Positions 23,601-36,962 of a stretch of DNA of 64,000 nt are shown one piece after another (the stretch's first letter is position 1; every line of letters begins with the position of its first letter). Source of the DNA: Fistulifera solaris. Its lineage: Eukaryota. The DNA lies in contig AP026127.1 of assembly GCA_030295235.1 (NCBI GenBank), positions 930,001 through 994,000 of the forward strand, given 5' to 3'. The position numbers and the translations under genes were made by a program. The notes under the pieces were generated by a model that was not told where the DNA came from, ran no database searches, and saw only the letters and a program-made list of their open reading frames with translations.

Positions 23601-26600
23601 TCGGAGTGAATGTTCTATTTTCTTCGAGGTCGACGGACCGTATCGATGCATGGTATTGCCAGCAAGCACGGAAGAAGGCAAGTTGCTGAAAAAGCGTTAT
23701 GCCGTCTTCAACTTCGACGGGTCTCTAGCAGAACTCAAGGGTTTTGAGCTGAAGCGACGTGGTGAGCTGGAGCTTATCAAAACGTTTCAATCACAAGTGT
23801 TCGAGCGATTCCTTGACGGTGGATCATTAAAAGAGTGTTACGACAGCGTTGCCGACGTAGCCAACCATTGGATCGACGTTATTGAGACTAGAGGTGAAAA
23901 TTTAGATGAAGATGAGCTTGTCGACCTGATCAGCGAAAACCGCAACATGAGTCGTCAATTGGAAGACTATGGTGGTCAAAAGGAACATCACAAACGACAG
24001 CTCGTCGTCTTGCTGAGTTCTTGGGTGCCGAGCTGATCCGGGACAAGGGACTTAATTGTAAGTTCATCATTTCTGAGCAGCCATATGGAGCTCCTGTCAC
24101 CGAGCGCGCTGTGCCCACAGCGATTTGGAAAGCGTCACCGAACGTAACGCAAAGATATCTACGGAAGTGGCTAAAATCACCAGGACTGGAAGGCGACGCT
24201 CTCGATATTCGAAATGTTCTTGACTGGGACTATTATTTGGATCGACTCGGCAAGACCATCCAAAAGATTATTACCATTCCAGCAGCACTGCAAAATATCC
24301 CCAATCCCGTCCCGCGTCTCGAGCACCCTGCGTGGCTTGGCTCTAAAGTTAATCAAATGAATGACAAGAACAAACAGCAAAGCATCGCAGGAATGCTTGT
24401 GAAGCGTCCTGAACGCAGCGCATTAGTCGACATCGAAGATATAGCAACCAATGGAGGGAATCCAAAGCTTCCAGTCGTCCACAAAAGGGTTCGAAATGGA
24501 TTGTCACGAGAGCGTGATGATGATGCGCCGCCAGAAAAGCGAGTCGAGCTCTCCAAAGAAAACTTTGATGTGTGGCTAAAACAGAAGAAAGCCTCGTGGC
24601 GAAAGGGTAGAAAGGAACGTCGCTCACAACGTTCCTCATCGAATGACGGCGATGCGGAAAAACGAGCCAAGACAGCAACTAGTATGGAAGGATATATCCG
24701 CGAAGCCGCGCTTTCGAAGGCCCGGCGTGAGTGGCAGATCGTAGAAGTGCGAGAGATGACATCCTATGATTCGTTGTCCTCTGGCTCTGGTGAATTTGTC
24801 GTATGGGCCATGGTCGGCACTGACTCTCTCCAGAAAATTATTGTTTCAGTTCCACGAACTGTTTACATATCCTCGAGAACAGAGTTAACTTACTCTTCCA
24901 ACGACATCACGCACTTTCGTCGAGTTGAACGCCATCTTCCCCATTGCAAAGCAGCTCAATTTCTCTATGAAGTATCTTTGCCCGAGCATGTATACAAGAA
25001 AAAGACTTGGGTTGATTGTCTCTACCCAATCGACCCCAGCGTCGAAAAAAGGTCACGCAATTGAAAGTGTATACCAGTCTAAGAGTCCCTCGATGTTGCG
25101 CTTACTCTCCGAGCTTGGCCACGCAGTTCGACTGGAGAGTTCACAAGACGCGATCAACAAGAAGTCGTACACAATTGAAGACTTCAAACGAGTAGGCAAG
25201 CTTTCAGGTGGTGACTATCTGAACGCCCAACTCTCATATCGACGTTTGTTTCTCTACGTGCGAATCAATTCGAGTCTAAAAACAGGACTCATTGCTTTAT
25301 TTGACCTCAAAGGAGGAAGCGGTGCACTTGGGAAGGAAACCAAGAATGGTGACATCACACGACCAACCGATGCCGGGCAAGGCAATTTCGACATCAGCTC
25401 GTTCTGCAACTTGTGGATAGTGAAACCAGGATCCGGTCGAAAAGCGCAGCGCAACGTTTCATTGAAGGAGTGTAAGAATATGTTCAAGGAGCTCGTTGAG
25501 TCTATTCAAAACTCCGCTGGACTCGACTCCGACTACAGTTGCATTTTCCCCGAAAGCCACATTGAAGTTAGCAACTTGTACTTCGTGGACAACGAAGATC
25601 AAGCTCTCGCCGGTGCCAATGAATTAATTTCCTCTGCTGTCAAAAGCAGTACAGGGCCTGCGTTTCTATTGCTCAATAGTAGCAAGGAGCAAAGGCAACT
25701 CCGTCGAATCATGACTTCTTTCAATTCGTGTCCTGTGCTGAGCATGCCTTTCCCTCCCGGTCCAGCGCACAACCCAGCTATTGCATCACTTCCAGCTTTA
25801 AATTGGGAGCAGCCGCTCATTCAGCTGTCTTTGGAAGCTTACTTGTTCATGGTTGTGATCTCGTTCCCGAAAAGGGTTTCGTACGCACGCTATGGGCAGA
25901 TCCCTTTGGGAAACCTTGGAACAGATGAGAACATAACTTTGTTCGACGCAGGCATGACGCGCCTTCTGCAGAAAAATTCCGCTCTTTCATGGGCTAGCTC
26001 GATTCCTGGAAAACCTGATCTCGGAGAAAATTTTCTGCCATCATTTAACGGCGGCACCTTTGCCCAAAACGAGAGCGGTACTGTCCTCTATAGCTTAGAT
26101 GATGCGTGGGAAGATGAAGATGATCTTATTAGCCCAACCATCCGCCGCCCCGGAGTGTATAGATCAGTTTGCGTGGATATCGATGTGCAGGATTTTGCAA
26201 TCGCCGCTTTATCCGACATGTCTGTAGCTATCGCTTCGATTGGCCCAGGAGTTGTTCAGCAGGACTCGACTATAGGACAGAAGCCCGAGTCGCCGACGTC
26301 CGTCGCTGCCTTACAGGAAAGCTTTCAAGCCACAAAAGCCACGGGTCCTCTAGGTGATGAAATGTCCACTTCGATTTCACTTTCAATCATTCGTTCCATG
26401 GTCAGCAACTGGCTTCGAGACGCATTTCACGACGGCAGTCTCGTTGCAGATGAACTCTTGCACCATATATATCGACTCATCTCAGATCCTAATACGCTTC
26501 TTCACGATCCTGCTCTTCACAGAGTAGTGCATGCACTCATGAAATCAACGTTTTTGAGGGTTTTGGGTGAACTTCAACGACTAGGTTGTGCCATCATTTA

Positions 26601-27735
26601 CGCCTCTTTCAATCGCATCACCGTCGCAACCAACAAGATTGATCTCGCGGATGCCGAGGAGTATGTCGACTTTGTGATAAACACAGCCAAGAACAAGTCG
26701 GAAGAAGGCAGTGTTCTTTCCAAAGTCTCGCTTCGTCCGAAGCAGTTTCATACTCATTACATCTTTCTGAACGAGTTCAATTTCGGAACTATACATTTGG
26801 AGAGAGTACCCGCAGACGAAATGGAACCTGACGCCGAACTGGTGTTTGTTGAAAACGGAGGCTCGCATGCCATCGTTCCTTCTGTGGTAACTGGTTGGAG
26901 CCTGACAAATTACCTGGGCAGCCATCTGGCCCAGGAATACTTCAAAGCCATCATTGCTCGGTTTTCTCGCGACGTTTTGAAGAAGCAGATGGAGCTACAT
27001 GCCCACGGAAACTCTGGTTCGTCTTCCTTGCTTACCGGAGATTGCAACGAACTTTCCGCCTTTCAAAAGTCGTTGGTCGAAAGACACTTTTCTTCGTACT
27101 TGACGCGTGCTGTCGATGAGATTATGAAAGAAGGACCGGATGACGAAATTCCGCCACCACTGGTAAACGATGACACTACGCGCTCCAATATGCCGGCGCT
27201 TGAGTTTGTGAAGAACCTCATTGCTGTTTTGGAACTCGACCCCGAGACAACGAAGGAAGTGCACTCTTTGAAACGAAGTCTACTGGCTCAAGTGGATATA
27301 CCCGAGTATGCCCGAGTTGCGCAATGGAAGGATCCATGCCCCACTCTCATTCTCCCGGATGTGTTTTGCAGCGAATGCCAAGACAGTCGAGATGTAAACC
27401 TCTGTTATGTCCCGCCCCGTGACGAAGAGGAAGACACATGGAATCATGAATGGGCTTGTGAAGACTGTGGGACACCGTACGATGTAGTCGCTATGGAACA
27501 CCGTCTGGTGCACATGCTGCAGAAGAAAGTCATGCGCTATCAACTCCAAGATTTGCGTGTACGCAAGACGCGCCGTGTCTCGACTTGGGCTCTGCGTTCG
27601 GATGACTGCGAGACCGACATACCTTCCGATCAAACAATGAACGAGCTGAAGCTCGTGCGAAATCTAGCCGAGTTGCATCAACTCGAAACGCTCAATGAGA
27701 TTACCACTGGCTTGCTTGAGAGTTTCGAAGCTTAG
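20640..27735 (+). CDS. POLE: DNA polymerase epsilon catalytic subunit (2 introns; about five 1-bp homopolymer frameshifts, probably assembly errors)
   Basis: Exonuclease motifs AFDIECTK and [10 protein letters not shown]; polymerase motifs [20 protein letters not shown] and ELDTDG; CysX CAAC..C; C-terminal CSEC..CEDC zinc finger. Confidence 0.97.
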
Positions 27736-27841
27736 TTAGTCACTCCTAAATTTATACATGGAATCAATTACGATATAGCAAGCAGACTAGTGCATTACAT
27801 TGAATTAAAATGTGATATCAAATGTCTCGCGCTTAACCCAT

Positions 27842-28200
27842 CTAAGCGGAACTGTATTTCGCCAATAACGCATCACGATGGGCCTTTGCTTCTTCTGCAT
27901 ACGCCTGAGCGGCGCTGTAGGAACCCCGGACACCGGCTGCCGAAGCTTTGACATCCGCATGCGCCATGCCGTACATCGGCATCTCGATGGCATTTGACTG
28001 ACGCAACAACGAGGGTGTCACTGGAGTACCTGCCGCTATTTTTTCCGCATAAATAGCCGTCCTAACGCAAAAGAAAGAGACAAAGTGGAATAATCAGAAC
28101 ATAAAAAAATGCAAAAGAAACAAACTCATTCTCGACAAACAAACACTCACACTGCAACGCGCTCGCGCATTCCGGCGTCTCTTTCTTGCTGCGGTTCCAT
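27842..28200 (-). CDS. Small (89 aa) two-exon protein of unknown function
   Basis: ATG 28200, donor GTGAGT at 28150, pyrimidine tract and TAG acceptor at 28062. The spliced frame MEPQQERDAGMRERVAVTAIYAEKIAAG...LLAKYSSA* stays open to TAG at 27842. Confidence 0.6.
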
Positions 28201-28636
28201 TCCGCTTTTCCAAAATGACGACATCTGAGCCCAGAATTCTTAAAGGGATGTATTTAATTGAGGACTGCTATTCAATAATAACAACGAATACTGGTAAGAG
28301 GAGGCAAGTGAAACTAAATGCAACTGCCTTGCGACCAGGTATTGCGTTTCTTATTTTCGTTTTGCTGCTCTACAGGTACATGGCGGACCGGTACCTGAAC
28401 GTGTATTCAAGAGTCGTCAAGAGTACCGGTGTGCATTTTCAGCAACAAAGACCAAAGACCATAAATAACGAAAGTTGTTGGCGTCTGGCATTCAACCGAA
28501 TTTGATCCAGACCCGAACCCCAATCGCGAAGCCCATTCCGACCTCCAAAAGAGTTTTTACCGATCGTGCTTTTTTATTATGAGACGCCGTCGCCGTTGAC
28601 GTTTATAAAAAGCAATTCTATCATCTACCCGCCACG

Positions 28637-31138
28637 ATGTTAGAAACAATAAAGCATTTACTGGAAGAAAGACTTCCGGAGTTGGGCTCCGACGTAACAG
28701 ACTATGTGCTTGGCGTATTAGAGGACGGATTGCCGGAAGATGTGGAGGGTTTTCTTTCTCCGCTGTGTGGCGATGACAATGAGACCAAGGAAATACTTTT
28801 GCAGAAGATTCATCAGTTAAGGCAACCAGAATCTGACAATGCTAGGCTGGAATTATCGAGCAGAGTACCGGTCAAGATCAAAGATTGTTTTGAAGACGAA
28901 GGAACAGCTCTCGCACAATCTTTTGAAAAAGCCAGTGTTACCGACAAAGAAACGAATGCAACAAAGACACCCGAACGCCAAAATCGAAAAAGCAAAGCGA
29001 GCAAGCAGACACATCGCTCTCAGAATCAGGAATCAACATCATCATTTGTAGAAGATAATGCCAGTGCATGGGAGCAAACTGTACAAGAAGAAGGAACATG
29101 GGGCGGACGAGGCAAAGGAGGTAGAGGAGAATACGCCGGAGCCGTCAATTCGGTCAAGAGTAATATCCATCTCTCCGATGTATCGATTTCTTTAGACAAT
29201 GGAATGGATCTGCTGCGTAATTCTACCATGGATATTATGCGCGGTCATCGATACGGGTACGTTGCAACAGGTAGAGTTTCCGTTGCCTTGCATTGCCAAG
29301 CGATGGGTTGTTCTGTATCATCAGTCGTTCTTCTAACACTGTTTACTACTTGACACGCTGCTAGATTACTGGGAAGGAACGGTGTTGGGAAGTCAACACT
29401 ACTGCGTAGATTGGTGCAAAAGTCTATTCCAGGCATGCCGCATGATATGCGGATCATTCTGGTACAGCAACAAATTGAGGGATCGGATCTGTCGGCTTTA
29501 CAGACACTAGTAGATGCAGATGTAGATCGCTTACGATTATTGGAAGAGCAGGAAATGATGGAAAGCCAGCTCGAATCGGAAGAGTGCACACCAGACGAGT
29601 TGGCTCACGTAGCGGAGCGTCTCGGCGAAATCGCGGATGAACTCGACGCCATTCGAGCCGATCAGGCAGAAGAACGAGCGGAACAAATACTGAAAGGTTT
29701 ACAGTTTACAGACGAAATGATCCATGGGAAAACTAGTCAATTGTCGGGTGGATGGAGAATGAGACTCGCATTAGCACGATCGCTCTTTCTGCCGTGTCAT
29801 TTACTTCTTTTGGATGAATGTACCAATCACCTCGATTTGCACGGAATGAGCTGGTTGATTGAATATTTACAGAACGAGACGGATCGGACGTTGATTGTGG
29901 TATCACACGATTCGAGTTTCCTAGACGCCGTTTGTACTGATATCGTTGTGTTACAACACCAACGACTTACGTATCATGCGGGGAACTATTCTGAATACAT
30001 TCGTCAGCAGGGTGAAAAAGCGACACGAGAGAGTCAGATTCTTGACGCCGCAGCGCGACAGCGCGCCAAAGCCGAGGCCTTTGTTCAAAAGCAGCAAGCG
30101 AACCGAAAATCGACGGACCCCAACAAACAAAGACAGGCCAAGATGATCAAAGAGAAAAAGATGGATCGAATTGGAAACTACCGCGAAGATGGAAAGCGTT
30201 ACAAGCTACGATCGCTGAAAACACTCGACGAGTCGAGTGTGCGACTTGCTCAAAAAGTAACCATCGAAGTGGATGACCCTCTTATCGAAATCAAATTTCC
30301 TAATCCAGTCTGGCCTCCTGGCGTCGCTCCAGGTGATGATATAGTACGAATAGAGGATTTTTCCTTTGGTTTTACCGAAGATAGGTTGCTTCTGGACAAT
30401 GTGACTTTAAGCGTGACGCGTGGTAGCAAGGTGGCGCTGGTCGGCAAAAACGGATCGGGCAAGTCCTCATTAGTGAAACTCATAACAGGCGATATCGACA
30501 GTGCTTCGGCAAAAGGTACGCTATGGAAACATCCAACTCTCACCATTGGGCATGTTTCCCAGTACTCTGTTGAGGAGCTCGAAAGATATGCTAATATGAT
30601 GGTTGTTGAATATGCGGAAGAGTTCCTCGGTAAGTCAAAAGCCGCCACCAAAGTCATGAAGAAAGGTTCCGGCAATATTCGTCAGTATTTGGGTGCTTTT
30701 GGTCTCGGTGGAAGTCATGCGCTTCAAGCAATTGGCAAACTTTCGGGCGGGGAACGCATGCGACTTTGTTTTGCCACTGTATTGGCCAATGAACCACAAC
30801 TACTGCTGCTCGACGAGTCTACGAATCACGTGGATATTGAAACCCTCGAGTCGCTTTCCGATGCCTTGGATACTTTTGAGGGTAGCGTCCTAATGGTCTC
30901 GCACAATCAAGCATTCCTTAGTGGCTTTTGCAAAGAGCTTTGGGTGTTGGCTGATGGCAAGATCGATGTGATGCACAGTGACACATCATCGTTTGACGAA
31001 ATCTTTTCCGAGTACAGGCATCGCATATCATCGTCTGCAAATGGGTCTTCAAGTGGCAGACGCAGAGAGAAGGCAAAGATGGCGAAGCAGGCGAAACAAC
31101 AACAAGTTGGAACCAAGCAAAATACCGCTCTTTTGTAG
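28637..31138 (+). CDS. ABC-F family translation-associated ATPase (one intron, about 29257-29364)
   Basis: Two nucleotide-binding domains (GRNGVGKS/LSGGWRMR/LLLDECTNHLD and GKNGSGKS/LSGGERMR/LLLDESTNH) and no transmembrane domains. Confidence 0.93.
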
Positions 31139-32964
31139 TCCATCACTCATTTTGTCAGAAAGGCCAAGCTCAAAATTCATTACTTCTTAGCTTTCGTTCG
31201 TCAATATGTTCTTTGTTGCGGCGGTTGTAGATGCTGCGTGGTTCTTACTGAGTTCAACAGCCAAGCTAATGCTGCTTTGCGCTAACCGTAAACTTAGCAG
31301 AGATAAAGTTTAGGGCAAATATTATTTGCCCGTCATTCTTCCATTGTGTTCGTGCACAACACCATCGACGCTTTTCCTGACAGCCGGAAATGAAGGGGGT
31401 CCTAAGGAACCGGGTATGGGCGTACGATACGCTTCGCCTTGCGGGAGAAGGCACCTGTCAAACGCCCGCCTTCATCGTCGATTCTTTTACATAAGAGCGG
31501 CTTTCTGTTTCGGCTTCGCGGACATCACGACCATCAAAACAATTCGCGGCTTCTTTATAGTATACGGCATGGGCACTAGTGCAGTGCAAGCACTAGCAAA
31601 AGAAATATCCGGTTAAGGGGGAAAAGCACCCGCTCCGCGGCCACTCCGACCGAAGTCTTCAAGTGTGCTTGGCAATGACAGTTAATGGAAATGATTGTCA
31701 TCTTTAAGAATATCTTAGAGATCTAGCGCAATATCAACAAACCATCCATACATTAAATGTAGTCTTTTTCCCGTTTAGCGAAGTCCTGGAACGACGGTCC
31801 AGATGTTGTTGATCCTCTGGATTGCATTTTTGGTAGCGTTGGTTTGAATGCTAAACTATTGTAAGACTTTGACTGTGCGCTTTCGGCTTCTAAGAACTTC
31901 CAAAAAGACCCTTCATTGTAGATCAACGCATTTAAAGACGTCGTTACTGGCACTGCTTTCGTTGTGAGTTGCCATGTACGCGGCGGCGGCAAAAATCACA
32001 AGCAAACACGTACATTTATAAGAGAGACAAAACCCTTCCCAAGTCGAATTTCCGAGCGATCTTACGTCGACATCTCTAAGTGACTATCTCCATCCTGAGT
32101 GCAAATGAAATTGGGAAGGAGATTGTCAAATGCCTTCGAAAGGTCGCTCAATGGCACGAAATGAAAGTGAAAAGCAATGGGCCGAAAAAATCCTGTGCTT
32201 ATGCCCTTGCATTTTTGGCCAAAAAGCACGGTTTGGCCACGCTACATCCTTGGAGTACGAAAAAATTAAATGTAGTATTTAGAGTATATTACTTTTCGGA
32301 ACGGTACTCGTAAAATTGTCATTGTCGCAGTGTGCTTGTGAAATGTCGCAGAGGACGCACGGACAGACTGGGCCCACTTTCAGACTCGTGACTCATTGAA
32401 TGTTAAGCATTACTCTCACATTTACTGTAGCCTCATTTTCACGGGACACGAATATTTCTTTGAAATCTCACCCCGCTTTTGCGGTTAGATATTGACTCGA
32501 ACAAAGACCCATGATAATAGTAACTTCTTCTTCAACAGTTAAAATACCTCGGGAAGAGTAAAGAGCCTATTAATACCTTCTGTCGGTTTCAGGTATGGAA
32601 AAGGAGGCTCAGAAGCTTGTGCGAAAGTGTTTTTGATGCAGTATGATCGAGTACACAGAGAATCTGCATACTTGTAACCCCACGTCCAAGGAAAATATCA
32701 ATCTGAGGATACCAGATACCACGGACCACGGGTGTGCGTACTGCGTACACGGCAATACACTAAACACACACCCGTTTCCACACATTTTAATTGACGATCC
32801 CCGCCATGGCAGGCACAGGCATGCTTAACTACGTACGCCCTACGAGACGGACTTTTCCCAAAACTGCAGATCCGTCTTCAAATAACTTATCCGTCGCGTC
32901 ACGAAGCTACGCCATCTCCAGACTTCTTTGCTCACTGCTTTAAGCGTGCTGGAGTTGTGCCGGA

Positions 32965-33049
32965 GGTATGTATACTAACATACCTTGGTATGTATACTAA
33001 CATACCTTGGTACCTGGTACATATACTAACATACCTTGGTACGTATACT
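32965..33049. repeat. Tandem 22-bp repeat with an internal hairpin
   Basis: GGTATGTATACTAACATACCTT twice, a 7-bp insert, then a third near-identical copy and a partial fourth. The unit contains inverted arms GGTATGT/ACATACC. Confidence 0.85.
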
Positions 33050-33173
33050 GTAGGTACATTTTTATAAAAAACAAAATACAAAAGTTGAAGTCCTTTATTT
33101 ACTTTTTTTGACCCCCTACCAGTTGCACTACCCCGTAACTATTATTTCTATTTATCTTTTGCGGACGAGCATG

Positions 33174-33335
33174 TTTTATCATAGCCCGCTGTCCCGGATA
33201 TTTGGGTCACGGGTGTGACGCTATCCCCACAGACGCACGGACCGATAAGGTTTCGCTCCCGCCACCCCGCGCTCCCCGCTTTTATTACTGTATGCGACGG
33301 AAAAAGTGCGAGAACGAAAAAGCTCCTCCGCGCCG
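33174..33335 (+). mobile_element. Degenerate relative of the mini-Helitron family
   Basis: Shares TCACGGGTGTGACGCTATC, CCCCGCTT and GCGAGAACGAAAAA with the copies at 35507 and 60773. Its termini are not intact. Confidence 0.5.
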
Positions 33336-33354
33336 CAAAAAAGCAAAAGAAATC

Positions 33355-34565
33355 ATGAAAATACTAACCTATTCAACAAATGAAGAAGCAAACACAGAGC
33401 GAAACGTTGATAGTATCGTTTTGACCGATTTTTGCTATGTGCGAGACGGTAGCTCTCCGGAAAAATCCCATTTTACGAAGGGAAAGATTTGCATTTGTAC
33501 GAAGCACCCATTTGCTCGTATTGTCTCACAACACCGACAACGAGGCTTCTATGCTGTTCTCGCTGTCATATTGCCTGGTATTGCGATAGTCGGTGTCAAA
33601 AGGCTCATTATAAAATGGAGCACAAAAGTTTGTGCAATGATGTGGCGAAAGACCTGAAACGCGTCGAAGACGAGGCCAGACCTTTACACAACACGCCGTT
33701 TGGCGAAGACCCAGAGCCGCAAAACATCTTTGAAACTCAAGTTGGATACTTTGGCCTGGTACCCGAAACGCATTCGTATCTGAACGCACGCCGATATTTG
33801 GTGGAAACATATATCCACGCGTCCTTTTCCACTGAAATCAAAGATGTCTGGGAGAAAGCTCTCTTTCATGCATTGGGACTTTTGAGGCTAGATATGAACG
33901 ATCCATTTGATATTCAAATGATAATACCCTTCATTCTCTTGCATCTAAACCGTGACGATGATACCTATGATTTTGTTTGCTTTTGGTTGAAAGCCAATAC
34001 TTTCGATCAAGAAAGCCTGGAAAAGATACTATGCCGAAGTCAAGAAGGCGAGTGGATCTATCCACGTGAAACTTCTTCTCGCTTCGATGACGTTTTCGAA
34101 CATAATCCGGCTTTAAATGATCCAGACGTCCACTTGGCTTTCCTAGTCGCCTTCCTCTTTCTCAAAGTTCGGCTTATTGCGACCTATGATGCAACTTGCA
34201 AATCTGTCGACTTTGCACTTCATGAAACAGCACACGGACCACGAATCTTGGAGGTTAGGGACGCTGTGAAAGACATGCTCACGGGAAACATGTATGGGGA
34301 TATTGCGATTCAACGACAACAAGTTGAGCGTCTCGCAGATTTGATTCATCGAATTAACCCCTCCATGCTTCCGTCGTATCTCAATGTGCGTCGTATCTTA
34401 AATCAAAAACGGCCGCGAACGCAAACTCGAGGTGATCCATCGGAAATCTACGATATTCTTAACTATTCGAATTCTTGCTTCCTTCGTATACCGGGTGCTC
34501 AGAATATGCTCGAGGAGCGCTTTGGAGAGAATCCAACCTTCAACGCTCAAATTCAATACACATAA
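33355..34565 (+). CDS. MYND zinc-finger protein, tandem paralog 1 (5' end uncertain or frameshifted)
   Basis: CSYC...CCSRCHIAWYCDSRCQKAHY...H..LC, then a helical domain with PFILLHLNRDDDTYDF. Confidence 0.8.
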
Positions 34566-34704
34566 CTGGAAACTAAACTTGATTTTCATTTTTAGAAAAG
34601 ACTAAATGGCATTCTATCTCTATACCCGAGAACTCTAGGAGATGCGTCCATTATTACCCCATTGTGGTTTTATCGTACCTTAGGAGTAGAGAACAGCAGG
34701 GCGG

Positions 34705-35420
34705 CGTCTTGGAACTCCCAGATTTTCTGGAAACGTCGAAATTCCACTCCCCCAGATTTTCTGGAAATTTCGAAATTCCACTCCTCCAGATTTTCTGGAA
34801 ACGTCACAATACCACTCCCCCAGATTTTCTGGAGACGTCACAGTAAGGTTTACCACTTACCACACCCCAGATTTTCTGGACACTCCACAATACCAAACGC
34901 TCAGATTTTCTGGGGACTAATGTCTTAGGCCAGCACTAAAATTTCCACAGGGCCCCATACCAGCACTTTTAGCAAAAATTAAGGGCATCGACTTGCGAAT
35001 GATCATTACTCCATCAATATAAAATCAAAATCAGAATTACCATTAGTTATTAGCACAGAGACGGATAATGGACAATAAATACTTATAATCCGGCAAAAAT
35101 TCTACGTATTGGTGATTTGGTTGCTCTACAAACGTTAAAGGTCGAAAATTGACCGTCGGCGCTTTAGCGAAGTGCATCTACGAACTCAAAGCAAAAATGT
35201 AAAAAAAAGCTAGCTCACGTTGTCTATTAGATCTTGCTTGAGGTGTAGATAGTAAAATTGCGATCTTCTTAATGATCTTGGTGTATTTATTAACCAAAGT
35301 AGCGCGGAGGGTCGAAAAGTGCTGGTATGGGGCCCTGTGGAAATTTTAGTGCTGGCCTAAGACATTAGTCCGATTTTCTGGACAGGTAGAAGACTGCACA
35401 CGCACACCCGCAGATTTTCA
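34705..35420. repeat. Array of CCAGATTTTCTGG palindromic units, interrupted by a MITE
   Basis: About six copies of (C)CAGATTTTCTGG between 34718 and 34913, spaced about 33-45 bp; the motif resumes at 35372. Confidence 0.75.
34914..35371. mobile_element. Mutator-like MITE, 458 bp
   Basis: Perfect 57-bp TIRs (34914-34970 and 35315-35371, beginning GGACTAATGTCTTAGG) flanked by the 10-bp direct repeat GATTTTCTGG (34904-34913 and 35372-35381). AT-rich non-coding interior. Confidence 0.92.
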
Positions 35421-35506
35421 TCTTTGCGGTTCGCGGCGTTCGGCAGTTCGCACAAAATGTTTTATGATAAGAAAAAGATGATGTAATTACGAGAATTGAG
35501 CATCAA

Positions 35507-35689
35507 TCTATTCTATTTATAATAGCGCGCTGTGTCCGTGTGTGTGTGTGTGTCACGTAACGTAACGCGCTCCCGGGTGTCCAAATCACGGGTGTGACGC
35601 TATCTCCGGGGATCGAGCCCCCCGCTTGCGGGAAGGGCGAGAACGAAAAAAGCCCACTTCGCAGGGCTATAGACGCCGAAGGCGGCTAG
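35507..35689 (+). mobile_element. Non-autonomous mini-Helitron, copy 1
   Basis: 5' TCTAT.. after an A, an internal (GT)n tract, a 3' hairpin CGCCGAAGGCG and a CTAG end before a T. No TSD. A near-identical copy lies at 60773. Confidence 0.85.
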
Positions 35690-35770
35690 TAAACAATAAA
35701 TACATCATGTCGGGTAGAACATTCAACATCCTTTGTAAAAGAAGCAATATTTTCGAAGAAAATAGCAAGA

Positions 35771-36962
35771 ATGACCAGTAATTCCACTTCGTCTTTCATC
35801 GAGGACTTCGTTCACTCTCTCGCAAATCACATTATTGTGGAAAAGATTCGCCCTACGAAGGAATAGATACATGCTTGCAAGAAGAACCATGGTGTGTGAC
35901 CTGTCACAAGAGACCGGAAAGCGGCCTTTTGTGTTGCTCGCGTTGTCATACAGCTTGGTATTGTAATAGTAGCTGTCAAAAGCTCACTACAAATCTGGAC
36001 ATCGCGAGATATGCTTGTCCGTTGCCAGAGATCTGAAGCGCGTAGAAGAGGAGATTATTCCACTCCGCAACACTCCCTTTGGCGACGACCCAGTACCACA
36101 CAATATATTTGAAACGGAAATCGGAATGTTTAGCGAGGGGCCTGAAGCACATCGCTACATGGTGGCGCGCCGTGAATTAGTCGAATCCTATTTTCAGGCA
36201 GCATTTGACGTCGAAATCAAAGAAGTTTGGGAGAAGGCTCTTTATCACGCGTTGGTACAATTGAGAGAGGCTCTTTCGGACCCACGTGGAATGATTTATG
36301 TGACCCCTTTCATTCTCTTGTATTTAAACCGAGACGACGACGCGTTTGACTTCGTTCAGTATTGGGTGAATCTGAAGTACATCCGCGGTAATGAAAGCAT
36401 GATGGAGATAATGAACCGTCACGTCCAAAGCAAGGAGGGCGACTTCTTCTATCCACGTAAGACCAACAGCCGTTTCCTCGACCTCTCCGAGCAATGCCCC
36501 GAGGCGGATGACCAAGATGTGTTCTTGGTCTTTCTTGTTACTATCCTCTTCATCAAACTTCGCCTTGTGGCAGCCTATGATGCTACATGTCAGTCTTTGT
36601 ATGTGGCGTTTGGCGAAACGACAGGCGGTCGGCACATCCAAGAGGTTCGACTTGCCGTAACTGAAATGCTGATCGACGAAAGCTTGGTTAACATTGATAG
36701 TCAACGGCAACAAGTCGAGCGACTTGTCAACGCTATCGACCGGAACAACCCTTCCATGCTCCCCGCACTTCTCAATCCACTTCCGCTTCTGACTCAGAGT
36801 CGACCGCCACCCGATATTCGAGGCGATCCTTCCGAGGCGTTTGATATTGTCAATTACTGCAATCGCTGTTTTAGTCGCATTCCAGGAGCCTTAAAAATGC
36901 TCGAGGAGCGCTATGGACCCAATCCAACCTATAACACAACAATGCGCTACGGATACGATTAA
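35771..36962 (+). CDS. MYND zinc-finger protein, tandem paralog 2 (homopolymer frameshifts near the 5' end)
   Basis: PWCVTC..LLCCSRCHTAWYCNSSCQ upstream of the 315-aa ORF, which is colinear with paralog 1. Confidence 0.8.

Noticed and set aside
20640..27735. POLE as a pseudogene or a programmed-frameshift gene
   Set aside because: The breaks are single-base losses in homopolymers (near 21120, 21705, 23165, 23980, 25050) in an essential gene with intact motifs. The same error type affects many genes in the window, which points to long-read consensus error.
31200..32900. Possible gene fragments downstream of ABCF
   Set aside because: There are only short ORFs with no recognisable motif, and I could not build a consistent exon model.
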